Shown: positions 33,960-48,300 of the stretch, one piece after another
How the letters are laid out: each line of letters begins with the position of its first letter
Numbering within the stretch: position 1 is the first letter of the stretch
NCBI GenBank assembly: GCA_964247055.1
Contig: OZ176053.1
Coordinates: forward strand, 5,580,001 to 5,644,000
Direction: 5' to 3'
From: Paragordius varius
Lineage: Eukaryota; Animalia; Nematomorpha
Length of the DNA: 64,000 nucleotides
Notes under the pieces: model-generated
What the model was told of the DNA's origin: nothing
Seen by the model: only the letters and a program-made list of their open reading frames with translations
The model's database searches: none
Translations under genes and position numbers: made by a program

Positions 33960-35300
33960 ATTAATACGCCGACAGTGACTAAGTCCTTTTTAAATTAGGC
34001 CCTGAGTTACCACCCCGTGTAAAAATCGAGTGTTTTAAAAAATGGAAGTCCCTAAAATGCTAAGTTTGAACGACGTTTCCAGAAAAAGGGTCCGGTCAGT
34101 TTCAATAGTATACTTTTTATAATGTTTTAATGTGCTGATCAGGACTAAGCCCTTTTTTAGATTAGCCATTTAGTTTATCCCATACTTATATCAAAAAATG
34201 AGGTTTGTTTTGTTTGGCAAAGGATACCGAAAAATATGTGGGCACAGTCAGTTTCAATAGTGTGTTTTACAAATGAGGCTGACCAAGCCCTGAATGCCCT
34301 AAGTTTTCAGCCACCCCATGTAAAAATGGGGCGCTTTTTTAATAAATAAAATTCTATAAATTATAAGTTCAAAAAACGTTTCTAAAAAAATTGTGGGCCT
34401 ATTTAGTTTTAATAGTGTAATTTTTATAAGGTTTCACAAAGGCGCTGAGGGTGACTAAGCCCTTTTTAAAAATTAGCCCATCTGTTTAGCCTCTCACTTA
34501 TATGAAAATGGGGTTTTGAAATAGTTGGTTTTTGGCATACGATATACTAACTAGGCATCAGTTTCAATAAAAAGTATTTAAAATTGCGTTAAAATAGCGC
34601 TGAAGCCCTTTTTAAATGAGCCACTCAATTTGGCCCTACATAGTGTAAAAATACGGGCCTTAAGACAATAGAGACGTTGAAGCAATTTTTTGGAAAGTGT
34701 GTAGGCTCATCCAAATTCAATAGTGTACTTTCATTGTTTCGCAATAGTGCCGACGGTGACAAAGCCATATTTTAAAATTTACGGCCCCTCATTCTAGTCT
34801 CTCCTCTGTAAGAATGGATGAACATAAACTGGTTTTGAAGAACGATCCCGGAAAATGTGTACGCACAATCAGTAATAAAAAAATTTTTTTTATTTTTAAA
34901 ATGGCGCCGAGGGTGACTGAGCCCTTTTTAAAAATAGCCCCTATAATATACCCCCACATAGCATATATATAGAAGATTTAAAATTTTTAGATTTAAGCAA
35001 ATTTTTGTGCACCGAGGATAACCGAGCCATTTTTAGTTTGCCGAGTCCAGCTCCATCCTTGTTAAAAGTTTTTTTAAATAAATACGTTCCTGAAACAGTA
35101 TCAATAATATTTTTATATAATGTTTTACATTTTCACCGAGGGTGACTAAGCCCTCTTTTAAATAAGGCCGTCAGTTTTGTCCTCCCCATTTAAAAATTGT
35201 TTATTTGAACAAATTATGATTTAAATATAAGTTTTCGAAAAATTTATGGGCACTGTCAGTTCAATATTATTATTTTCGATTTTTAGACCAGTCCCTCAAT
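33960..35300. repeat. Degenerate tandem array, ~9 units mostly ~140-170 bp
   Basis: Recurrent GTGACTAAGCCCTTTTTAAA(A)TTAG(G)CC near 33975, 34143, 34280, 34451, 34598, 34756, 34913, 35011, 35142, plus CAGTTTCAATAG. Confidence 0.8.
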
Positions 35301-37589
35301 TCATTTTCTATTTACAAAAATATTGACTTAAGTAATTTTTCCGTAAATGTATTTTATTTATATGAATGCGCCGTCGCCGACAGAACCACATATTTTCCTG
35401 TATTCAACCCCACCCGTGCCCGTGTAAAGCTGATCATTTTATGTAAGTAATTATGTATAATGGTTAAAAAATCAATTAAATAAATTTCGAAAGCCTCCAA
35501 AAACATTTCAGAGGCGGGTATTTGATATTGATTATAAAAAACAGCTTTTATTAATCAATCTTCGGAGCGAACCCAATTTTTTAGAAAAATTCGAAAAAAA
35601 TAAGCTTTTTTATTTGATATAGAGAATGTTCATTGATAATAAAATACAAAGACAACTAGTTAATTTGCAGGTTAGTTAAGCTCTAGGGTATAAAACGACC
35701 CAAAATTTTGATCGTCTAAAAAAAATTAAACGGTAATGTGTTTATTATGAAATCGCTTTGAGCGAGAAATATTTCAAAATGGTAATTTTGCCCAACATAT
35801 ACATTTAAGGATAATCTAACACCCCATAAAATAAATAAATTAAAATAAAAATATGAATTTATTTGCAATGGTTACCATATTACTTATGGTTATAGCAATA
35901 ATGATATACTAATGATAGATCTAGATATCGAGATCGCTATTAAAGCGATCATCATAAAATAGTTTTTATTTGGAAGGTATTGTTAGTTTAGCCCAGATAT
36001 TGGTATTCCATTGGATTATAACATTATTCGATGATGTGGAGCCAAGTTTTAGGGCGAATTTGCAAATTGAAAAATCTTTGGCAGAAGAATCTATACAGGA
36101 CCTATCTATGAAACCAAAGTAGCGACATTATTTGTGAAGATGGTATTGGTTCTAATTCATTAGAGTAAAGATCCCCATACATATATTTTAGAATCTGTTT
36201 TATATTGTGGTGTTTTTGAGATGATTCATCGCTGGCTTCAGTAAGGATTAGACGGAGAGAAACCGACTTTATGCATTTATTATGGTGTCAGATGCTTTCG
36301 AATCCATAAACAGGTGATAATAAACCATTAGCTAAATATTTTTCTTATTGATATGAGTATGGGTTTTTAAGTGCTTTACCTTCTGAAAGGAGATTCATTA
36401 TTAATGATTGTTTTATCTTAAGTTTTATTTTTAATAACGGTTAAAAAATTTATTTTCAGCGTGCTAAATAATTGGCGCAATCTAAGATTATTCCTTATTT
36501 TTATTGGATGGACTAAATGTAGCTTTAATAGCATTTGGAATTGATTAAATTTTAATGTGACCAGATAGGCTGTTTTTCGCAGTACAGTACTGGGTTTTCA
36601 GAAAAAAACTGCGCCTGTACTGCACCCACTTTTGTACTGCTTTTTGAAATTAAAAAAAATAGTTTTATATAAATATATGTCAATTACCTTTTATTTATAA
36701 AAATAATTTTAAAACTTAATATAGTACCTTCTGTAATAACCCCATAATTTGTAAAGAAATGGTTCATTTGCGTAATACTATCCTTTTTTTAATTGGTTAA
36801 TAATATTTTATTTTCTACTCGAATCATACATAAAACTTAAGATTGCAGCCTTTCGCGCAGTGGCGAAACTATAAATCTCGGACTCAGATTCAGGCTAATG
36901 GCTCTTTCACACAGGGCTTCTGCAAAAATAGGTACCTCAACATTTAAAATTAACAAAATTTATAATATTTTAATAAATGTTTGATCTTAGAAAGTTCATT
37001 TTTTATTATGTGATGAAACTACGGGGAGCTAGGGGAAGCAGTGCGGGGGGGGGCAGGGCAAAACAGGGGCGCTTTTTTACTATTTATATTTAATTTGCCC
37101 CTTTCTATTTTAAGGGGGGGGGGCAAAATTCATTATTTTTTTTATTTACAGATATATAAGTAATTATTGCCTGATTGTAAATTTAATGGCAGAGTATAAA
37201 GAGAATTATTATTGATTGAAAGGAAGAAAAAGCGAAAAAAATGCATTTTTTCCACTATCTAAATAAGCGGTTTTATTATAAGTTGATAATTAATAAACAC
37301 TTTTAAATTCTCTCCAACAGCTAAAAATAAATAAATGAGTAGAGATAGTTGACACAAATTAAGTGCCTATAAATTTTCAAGTCCTAAATTATGATTTTAA
37401 AAATTAAAGTATTATAGTTTTATGAAAATTCACAAATTTTGAAAGATGTAATTTTTTGCCTCTGTTAAATTAAAAAATTACAAATAAAATCTCAGATGCA
37501 TTAATATATTCATATAGCCTAAAGATATATTTCTTTTTAATGTAGTATTTGAGACAATTTCCATATTTTAATTTTTATGAAATGGGTTC

Positions 37590-38170
37590 ATGTAAATTTT
37601 AACACTTCGATTCAAATTGGGGTATCTAAATAACCCAGACAAAATTTAAATTAATATTTTTAAAAAACTACTGATGGAAACGGTACCAATTTATATTTAT
37701 TCTATCCTAAAATTATATAAATAAGTTAAATATCTAAATAAAATTTCGTTTTGAAAAAAATTTCCATGTAAAACTACTTCGACGCCATTTTTATTTTAAA
37801 TATTTTTGCAAAATATAGTGTTCATTAAAATTTTAAGGTAATAACAAAGTAATTATTTATTTAAATTACATCTAACATTGATAGAAATAGAAAAAGCGGT
37901 TTATTTTGTATTATTTTTTACCATCGCACACATGTCACGTTGACCAAATTTTTACCTTTCGGTTTTTAGCTTAAAATATGTAATATCAAGTAATTTTGAA
38001 TAAAATTTTCTACATATTTTGGTTTATTAATGATATATAGGTGCAAAATTTTGCCATGGTTTCAATTCCTTCCATATTTCTTAAAAAAATTTAGTTTAAT
38101 CAGGCCTGAGATATTTAACTACCCCAATTTGAATAGAAGGACTAAAATGAATGTGTTGTATCCAAATGTT
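37590..38170 (+). repeat. Second copy of the old dispersed repeat (partner 32460-32945)
   Basis: Same anchors in the same order and orientation. Confidence 0.5.
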
Positions 38171-38498
38171 AAGTTACACAAAAAGATATAAAGTGTTATA
38201 TGATTTTGGCGTTTTGCAGATTAATATAAAAAACCAAAAGTTATACTTACTTGAGATTTATTCAGTTAATTATAAAATTCTAAAATAAGTAAAGATATTA
38301 TGAAAACCGAAAATAAAATTTTTTACTGCATATCTTAGGTATCCCAAAGAAAAACATCTTCGTGTTTTAAAAAGCGAAAAAGTGTAGGGCATAAGGCTGG
38401 TCCTGTGTGGACGTAGCGATAAGGAGCTGCCTATCACACCATCTTCTAGATATTCGAATTTACACCAAACATAAGATCACATTTTTTGTACGGTACGC

Positions 38499-39313
38499 AT
38501 GAAAATCTCTCGCTTTGAGACGCATCTTTTAAATTGTCGAGAGTTTGATGCTCCTCCAATACTAGCCATATCTGAAAACAAATTATCCAATTTAATAGCT
38601 GTTCTTAGGTATATATATTTTTATTATTATAGAAATGAAGGGCCAATTGAAATCTGGAAAATTAAAAAAAATCACATATTTTTTCTGCAAGTATTTTTTA
38701 AAAATAATTTAGAAAATACACAATGCATCAAATTTTATTGCTGATGATATTTGTTGGTGTAAAAATCGATTGTTTGGTTCTGGTATTACTGGATCTATCG
38801 TTGAATATGATTTAAAGAATGGAAATGGTGTTAAGGTATTACCTCAATTAATTTTAGTATGTGATTCAAGAAAATTTTGGAAGCATTTGGGCGATCTCGG
38901 TGGATCCAACACATAACTATATAGCGGTTTTATTAATTTTGAATAGTTAATAAAAAGGAAATTATATATTAATTTTTCTCAACATAAATATATGGGTTTG
39001 TTATTTGCCCAATTTAAATTATTTATGTATTATCATTTGTATTTTTTAATCAATTAATTTGGAGTCATTAATATTTTGTTAAAGTGTAGGTTGCAATTGC
39101 AACATGCGAATTTATACTGCCACCAGAATTATGTTAAAATTATTGGAAATTTTGTTGATGCTAAATGATTTTTTCGATGAGAATTTAATGCCCAACTCCC
39201 TTTTTTTATTATCATTAATGTGCATATTCCATAATACCTTTCAAATTTTTACCTATGCATATATTATATAACAATTACTTTCTAAAGATCTTTTAAGGAT
39301 AATAAAAAATAAT

Positions 39314-39351
<38 letters not shown>

Positions 39352-42300
39352 ATGGCAAAATAGCTTCACAAATGCTTCATAATTATATGTTTTAAAAAGG
39401 TCAAATTGAAATTTTGGCATATATAGAGTGTCCAACAGCTTTGGAATCTAAAAATATAGGGGTCTTGTTTTATCTGGAACGACAAAATCAAAAAAGATTT
39501 TTGGCATTTTTTGAACAAATAGAATTTTTTATATAAATAATATTTAGCTAAATATTAGCATATAAATGTATTGACCCAAAACCGCACTAATTTTTCATAA
39601 TGAATAGTATTTTTTCTTGAATATAAAAGGAATTTTTTAAATCAAATAACGATTTGGCTATTAATAGCATGCGCAAAAGGTGGTTAAACCGTACAAAAAT
39701 AATTTTAAACGATAATAAGATGTGAATATGCACTTCATTAAAACTTTATGAAATTTAGTTCTTTTGACATATTTGTCATAAATTAATTTTTATTTCAAAT
39801 TTAAAGTTTTTTTTGCGTTTAATTAGGCTGGAACAGATAGCGGAAAATTAGTTATTTACCAAGTTTTACCAGAAGTACTCGAAGACTTAAACACCCTTGA
39901 CGATGATACCAACGATAATATAAGATCTAATCTATTATTGAAAAAATCTAAAAGATTTGAACCTAAATTACAAATTATTGATACATGTTATCCCTCATCA
40001 AGTCTTACGTCAAAATCCGCAAAAAAGTCTAAGAATAAAGAAGGAACATTTTCCAACCAAAATTCGCAAGAAAGAATTACCTGTTTGGCATGGTGGAATA
40101 ATGTTGAATCGTTGGAAATTGAGGATTCTTATAATATAAGCGATCATTTATATGTTGCATTTGCTACCACTCATAATCCAATCGCTAATCATGAATTATA
40201 TAACGATAATGAAGGTAAAAGTACATATATACAAGTCTAAAACTTTTATTGTTTTTTTATGATCAGCAAAAAACTTAATTTGTGTCCTTAAAATATAGAA
40301 ATCAGGGCTTGGAACCGGAACCGCATGGAACCGGAACCCGGTTCCTGGGATTTTAGCAAAAACCGGTTCCATGTGGATCGAACCAACGCGGTTACGGTTC
40401 CACTTCCCCAGGAACCACCCCGGTACCGATTCCAAAATTTCAGGAACCATTCCGGTTGTATCTATAAATTTTTAGGAACCAACCCGGTTCCGGTTCCACC
40501 CCCTTAATTAGTGGTTCTCCCATATGATTTTTATTATAAAAATTTATTTCAAAATTTAAATTTGATTGTACCACTGCATATTATATTCATCAAACTTTAA
40601 ACCTAAAACTAAGCGCCTAATATTATATTAGCGATACTCTCTTAATTTTGGGCGATTTGGCCCTTCTAAAAAATCTAATAGTCATAACTTATTATTTATA
40701 ATATACATGTTCGTATATATGGGTCTCCGTTGAAAGGAGTTTAACTCTTTATTTATTTTCATATTTGAAGCAGTTTGACCAGCGATGCTATAATTTTTTA
40801 AAGTTAAATAAATTTTTTTAGATGCCATACTTAATTTAACACTCACTATATACCTTTGTACTTATAGATTTTCGTATTATATTTTTAAAATTTTCATTTA
40901 TAATGCTACATTATATTTCTTTGACTATACATTTGGCAATTTATAATAAATTGTTTGATTTATAATTGTCAGTATTTTGGTTGTATTTTTATTATAATAA
41001 TTTTGTAAGAAAATCATTTAATCAAAAGTCAGGAACCGAAAATGGATCCTGTTCTAAATGTCAAGAACCGGCTCCCGGAACCGTTAAAGGAACCAAGCGG
41101 TTCCGGTTCCACTTTTTTTGAGCCGGTTTCAAGCCCTGATAAAAATAATTAAATTTCGTAAAAAAATATGTTTTATGGGACAAAACTACTATTTTTTAGG
41201 CCAAATGTGTTTAATTTCAACAGGTAATTTTGATTTAAGAATACAGTATTATTACGAATATTTATTTGATATAAATTCATACCTATTTACTTATATATTA
41301 AAATAATTAACAAACGTAAATAAATAAAACCTTTTTTCCTATTTTATTTAAACAAATTCTACATTTTGTTTAACCAATTTGGATATCAACAAACTAATTT
41401 TCAATTTAATTAAATACATTTTTTTGATCATTTATATATATATGACAAAATGATAGATGATGACATTGAGCAAGGAAGCATTCTTCCAATTGATACAACC
41501 ATTGAAACAATGGAGGAACTAGAAATGGCACGTAGAAAAAAACGAAAAAATGACGCTAAAAAAGTCACCCGCAATTACGGAAAGATTTACATTTATCCAG
41601 TTTCACATCTTTATGACGTGCCAAATGGTGAAACAAGTATATATATATATCATTTTTAAGTGTTTAAATTGATGCTACATACAGTAAAATTAAGGATGTG
41701 AAAAGTAAATGACTGCCATGTCTTTTTTTATAAAGAATATTTTATTTTTTGATTTGATTTTATTATAAAATTGAGTGCGTTATCAATTTACAACCCTATT
41801 TTTATTTCGCTTCGCAAAACGATATTGTATATTAGAGTTAAATTAATGGTTTGTTCTATAAACTTTTTGTGTTTTAATCTTATATATTAACTCCTACTAT
41901 ATATGGTACAATCAATTTATTGTTATATAATATGCATATTTATGTTGACCAATTCACATTTTGTAAGCCAATTGGTAATGATGCAGTAGCATATGATATA
42001 TAACAAATTTTTCCAAAAAATAAACGAATTTTATGTTGTAAAATAAGAAAAAATTGTTGATTTTCAACCATTTTTTGTTTTATTCCTACCCGCTACTGTA
42101 TTGCCAATTAGCTTGCAAGAATGTGAAATGGCCAATAATGCATACTGTATTTCTATCACATAGATGCAAATATAAAGCATTCTTTGCCCCGATATCGTGT
42201 TATAAGTCTCGAGTTTTTGGCACGAGAAGAAAGATTTGCCATGCTAAATTTGCAACAAGTTACAAAACATCAAGGAGGCAAAAATATTACAGAATCGGAT

Positions 42301-45300
42301 GAATATCATGATAATAACTCATCATTATCAAATATAACATCACTGTTTGTTAATGCCCTTTTATTTTGTGAGGGGAATCGCACACTAATTAGTGCAGACA
42401 CGTATGGAGCTATCCGTTTTTGGTCAACTCAATCTTGTCAACTCCTTAAAACGATAAGTGGCATTCATAATGGACCCTTGTTATGTATGACACCGCATTC
42501 AGTTAAGAGAGCGCTTTTTTATATTATATTTTAGAATTTAGTTTGAATTCTAAGAAACATCTATGACTTCTTTGAATAACACTTTGCCTTTCGAATTAAG
42601 ATTAAAATGTTTTTTTTTATATTTATTTTATGACCATTATAATCTCAATTTTATGATTTACAGCGTTTTTTTCTTGAATTATTTTTTATTTGTTACATTA
42701 TTTTCTCACAGAAAAATCCCAATATATTTTATGCATCCGGTACGGATCCCATCATTGTTCAGTATGAACGCAATAGTGAAGGAGAATGGTTTAAGTCACA
42801 TCAACATACACTGCATGAAAATGATGTTAAAGCTTTATGTCATATCAATGGATGGTTATTTTCTGGAGGTTTTATCCTTAATTTGCCTTAAAATTTGAAA
42901 TATTATATCAATTGACTGGTTTCAAAAAATTATTATAAATCCGACCGCTTATATATACAGTCCTTCATGGTTCTAAATAGTTATTTTTCTCAGAATTATT
43001 AAGTTTATCCTGTAAATAAATTAAACAAAATAATTTTAACTGTTTTTGTTGGCTCTAATCATATCAAATATCAATATATATTATTAGCAATTAATTGAAT
43101 TTGATGATAAATTTAAATTTTAAATTTAATGTCTACGCCATTGATGTTTGGATAAAACAGATTTAGATATAATGACTTTTCTATAATAAATGAATTTTTT
43201 ACCTAATTGTTAATATATATTATTATTTTTTGATTTTTAGGACTGGACACCAAAATTATCGCTAGTAAATATAATCCTGTAACCACCGTTGTACAAATAC
43301 CTTCGATCCCATATTCCACACTTAATTCTTGTAGCTTTTCTCATGGTTTTACTGGCATCAATGTTAGGAATAATGGTATATATTTTGCGTTTAATTAAAA
43401 ATATTTAACAAAAATAATATTTTTCTTTTGTCCATAATTTAGACAAAAATAATGAAAAAGAGTCAAATTTCTTTGCTTTGTTTCAGTATCTTACAAGACT
43501 TGAAGTTTGGCAAATATCCACATCAGCTGAACATCACGGTAATACCCTAATCATTGAAACTATATAGAAATATTTTTTTAAGTATACTTTTGATCTTTAA
43601 ATAATAAGTTGTAATATATGTTTAAAATATATATGATTATTTAAATAGGTATTATTGGTTTGTCCCAGTTTTTGGGATTCTTTTACGATATATATTTCTA
43701 TCTTTTGTTGCGTTTCGATGTATGTTCAGGAATTTAAAATCTTGGTCTATGATTTGAGTCCCAGTTGTTTTAGGCCTCCCTTTTCGGTTGGGGGCAGAAA
43801 TCTGTAAATCTAGAATTTCTTTTGCAGGTGAGTCTATACTGGATCTGTCTATGTGTCCAAAATACCGAAGTCTATTTGTTCTGATAAAAGCTGTTATTGG
43901 TTCTAGTTCATTTATGGTAGAATTTATCATCATATATTTTAGCATTTTGTCTTCCGTTCTTTTCAATCTCAATTCTAATGTTTTTGTGATTGCCCAGGTT
44001 TCGCAGGCGTAGGTGCGGGTAGGGCGGACACCCACTTTATACATTTTGATTTTATTTTTTACGGTTATGTCTTTATGTGTTAATACATATTTGAGTAGGT
44101 TAAATTTTGCACAGCCGAGTTTGATTCTATGTGATATGGTTGTTTGAGGCTCCCCCCATTATTATTACTGATATTACCTAAATAGGTGAAATCGTTCACG
44201 ATTTCGAACCTAAAATTTTCTATTCTAAACTCCATTGATTTAGGGATGTTTGGCTTTCCTGATATACAGCTTTGGCATTTTAAAATTTTTATTATCAATT
44301 AACTTTGCTTTCAGGTTAGTGCATTTTTTGTGGACCCCCATTTTACAAGATGTACAAAAAACGCAGTTGTTCCACCATGGAACTTGCTGTACGCCGATGG
44401 TTTGATCATAACAGCAAAAACAGCACACGAACTGAAAAGTTTATACCTCAAATGGCATTCATGTTTCCAAAAACATGGCCTCAAAATAAATACAAAAGTA
44501 ATGATTACAGGAGATGAAAAAAGAACCATAAAATATCCCTGCTCTATTTGCCACAAAGAGTAAAACGAATGCCATTTTATGTACATCTTGTAAAATGTGG
44601 GTCCACAAAAACTGCACTAACCTGAAAGGAAAATTAATTGACAATAATTCTGTAAATAAATATAATTAAACAACATATTTGCACGTATTTTTATAATTAT
44701 TTTAATGCCATTAATATATTGAACTTATGGAGATGTCTATATAACATGAATCTTTTACAGAAGTTTAACATTAGTTTTAATTATTTAATTTAAGTTCCAA
44801 TAAATTTAATTTTTACCAAATACTATTAATATATATATATATATATATATATATTATTACCTCTTTTACCGTTCATATTCTCTGATATAAGAAGTATTCT
44901 GGAATACATTTTTAATTTCTTTTGCGCCTTTAAAAACATAAGCCAAATGCATATATCTTCAATAGGTTTAATTAATTTAAATATAATAATACGCAACTTT
45001 GTTTGAATCAAATATGTAATAAATGGTTCTGCGGTTACGAAAAGATATCTTGGAATAATTAAACTTTGATTAATAAAAAATGGATTTGTAATGGCCCGGA
45101 AAAATATATCAATCTAAGCTCTAAATTCATATATGTAATCCATTATTTATGCGCGTTTTTAGCTATAACACGGCTTATATTTGGCTGTATTTTTTTACCT
45201 ATTAATTATAGAACAAAAAATTGTTGAGTTACGAACCAATCCCAACGTTAAATTACCATTGGAGATTGTATGTTCAGCTATATCACCTTGTGCTAATTAT

Positions 45301-48300
45301 GTTGCATATTCTGACGTGGGAAGGACCCATATTTATCGTTTTTGCCCAAAAAATTATCTTATGGTTTGTTGTTTATCTTTATTTTTTTAATCCTTATTAA
45401 AAGAATGATTATTATATAGTATGTGATTTTTTTATTTTTTCGAAAGCAAATTATTTATTTGTAAATGTTTTATGAAACTGTTTATATAATTGAAATTTGA
45501 TAAAAAAAATTTTATCCATAGTTTCATAGTATAATATTTAAATTTATTTTTTTAGGGAAATGCAATCGACACAGATAAAGTATTGCAAAAACTCAAAAAT
45601 ATTCGGTTAAATGGATCAACTTATCTCAAATTTTTACCATATTTGGAACGAACCAATAATAAAAAAATTGATAATTTCAACATTTATGATCGTGAAACCT
45701 TTACAAAACCAAAGTTGCATAATGATAAAACCACTACTTTTATACCTGAAAGTAATTTAGAGTCCCATAATAATGAAATTGATACTAATATTATGTCACC
45801 CAAAGCAAGTCCTCTTATTTTGTGCGTTAAATTACGATTTAAACTTGTTCTTTTTTTGATTCGATCCTGCCCGGCCAATTTAATCCATTTACCATACAAT
45901 GGACTCCGCAATTTGATTGAGTATGACGAGCTAAAAAAATCTCACAAAGAAATGTTAGAAGATAAATATTCCCTTGCTAATAATGAACAAATACCACATT
46001 ATTTTGCTATGCATTGTTTAGCCACTATCCTTGATCCATGTATTACAAACGTTCAAAGTAACTCTACTTGATTAAATATTTTTTTAACTTAATCGCAATG
46101 TGTTTTATGGTAATTTTAGTTTTATGTATTCTACCTACTATTAGCTTATATACACAATAAGTTTTTTGTGTTAAATGGCCATGTTTTTGTGTCATAGTTG
46201 AGAGTTGATATGCTTCTGCCGTATATTAGCCGGATATTGATAAACCTGGACAAATACATAAAGTTAATATTTTTTCAGTTGGATGCGATTTTTATGACTT
46301 TGTTAACATTACCTTTTATATTTGTCGATTGCCACACTGGTACGTATTTGTTGTAAATTACTTATACTGCAATTGTCATAATGGGTAGTACTATGGATTC
46401 GGAGTTTTAGTTACCACGAAGTAATTCATGTTTGTAATATTTATGCTTCGTGGTAATTTGAGGCGATTTTTTTGCGTAACACACACCCTTGTGGACAACT
46501 AATGATTTTACAGATCATTGGAAACTGGCCCTTGCCGTTAGCGCATTTTCATATCCCAGCCAACACTGCGGGGAGGTGGCAATGCGATTGTTGCATTTAT
46601 AATTTGTTTGGGTCAATTATTTTTGTTTCTGGATAAAACTAACTTCGCATTGTATTAAGTATGTTTTGATTTATCGGTGCAGATTACAAGAATGCTCGGA
46701 TGTATTTTTATTTTAACCGGTTTTGAAATATTTTTTTAATATTTTTTTATTATTCGTGTTTTCTAAAATTGTTTGGGTTCGAGCATCGTTTACGAAGATT
46801 AATTCTCCAGACCATTGATTTTTTTAGTAATTCGTATAATCTGATGTTCAACAACAAGATAATAGATGTGTATGTTAAAAAATATATAATTATTAACATA
46901 TAGTTATATTTATATATAAGGATTAGTCGTTGGTCCACATTATTGCTGGCCCCACATATTTAGGGTTATAACAATAAATATCATGTTTAAACTTATAAAT
47001 TTATTAAATTAAAAAATTAATTTTTAAATCGTTCATAATGATAATTAGCGGTAGATAAAATTTTATCCATGTATAATATGCCGAGAATATTTTTTATTTA
47101 TCTTTTTCCGATAAAATTTTAGCTGATGCAAAAAAATCTCAATTTCCTTTGGGTGATTCCGTTATGGCTGTAAGTACCAATTTGGAGCATTTATATTACA
47201 ACAATGGTGAATATTTGACAGAAAATAAAGTCACACCCAATTACAATCACATAGCCATTTCTTATTCTAGTGGTTTGGTTTGCATATATGAACTACCTAA
47301 ATGCGATAAGGTATATTTTTATCCAATATGTAAAAAATCTTATGTTATCTAGCCCGAGTTTTATGTTTTTATCAAAAATTGAAATATATATGTAATTATT
47401 TTATTTTTGACAATGAGTTATAATGATTCTGCTTTTAATTTTAATCATGGCGTTGTTTACATTTTTTAAAGTTATGTTTTTCATGATAATTTGATCCTAT
47501 AAAAATCACAAAAATCAACCTGATCATATTTTGAAAACAAAAATAATATTTATGTTACGAGCCTAACTTGCATGAAGTTTTTCATCGCGGATTTTCGATT
47601 TTAGAGGCAAAAATTATAGGTCTATTTTCTCCGAGGTATAAAATATGGATATGATTATCTTAAGCAAAACTTGAATTATTTTACCTGTATATATCTATGT
47701 TCAGCGTTATTTATGAATTAAGGGTTTAATGATTATATAGTTTAGATAGTAAATAGGTAAAGGATCAACACAAACAAATCTATAATTTTTTAAATTTTTT
47801 TCCACTTACATTTTTTAATATATTGTTGATTTTTGTTATATTACAGATAATTTGGAAAATGGAGCGTCAACATTACCCTTGTACTTCATTAGTGTTCCAT
47901 CCATCAAATCTATATATTACACTTCTTTATGCCGATAATTACGTAAACATATATTTTATGAAACAGTAATATATATTGGTTAATTAAGTTTTTTTTATTT
48001 GTTTATAGAGAAATAAATGTAAAATGTAAATGTTTGTAATTTTTTGCTTAAATCATGCAAAAATGTACAATTTAAGCAAGAAAAATATACTTGCCGGTTA
48101 CTTTATTTATTTATTAACAAATAAAAAGACCCATATAGCTAATAATACACTGTATTATTTATTTGCCATATTAAATTTGGTTTTTTTTAAAAAATATTGA
48201 ATATTTTTTTCAGATTTGTGAATATGACATACACTCCAATGAATCTACACTCTGGTCCACATTTTTTAACATGTCTCTTAAGTTAATTATTGATGCTTCT

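Noticed and set aside
33960-35300. CRISPR-like array (conserved motif with variable spacers)
   Set aside because: Eukaryotic context, degenerate repeats, spacers related to one another and no cas genes; it is a diverged tandem repeat.
36849-37140. Possible hAT MITE starting CAGTGGCG with G-rich tracts
   Set aside because: No matching right-hand terminus or TSD found nearby.
40196-40507. Pro/Gly-rich ORFs 40196..40450 and 40325..40507
   Set aside because: By-products of the GGAACC repeats of the hAT-like MITE.
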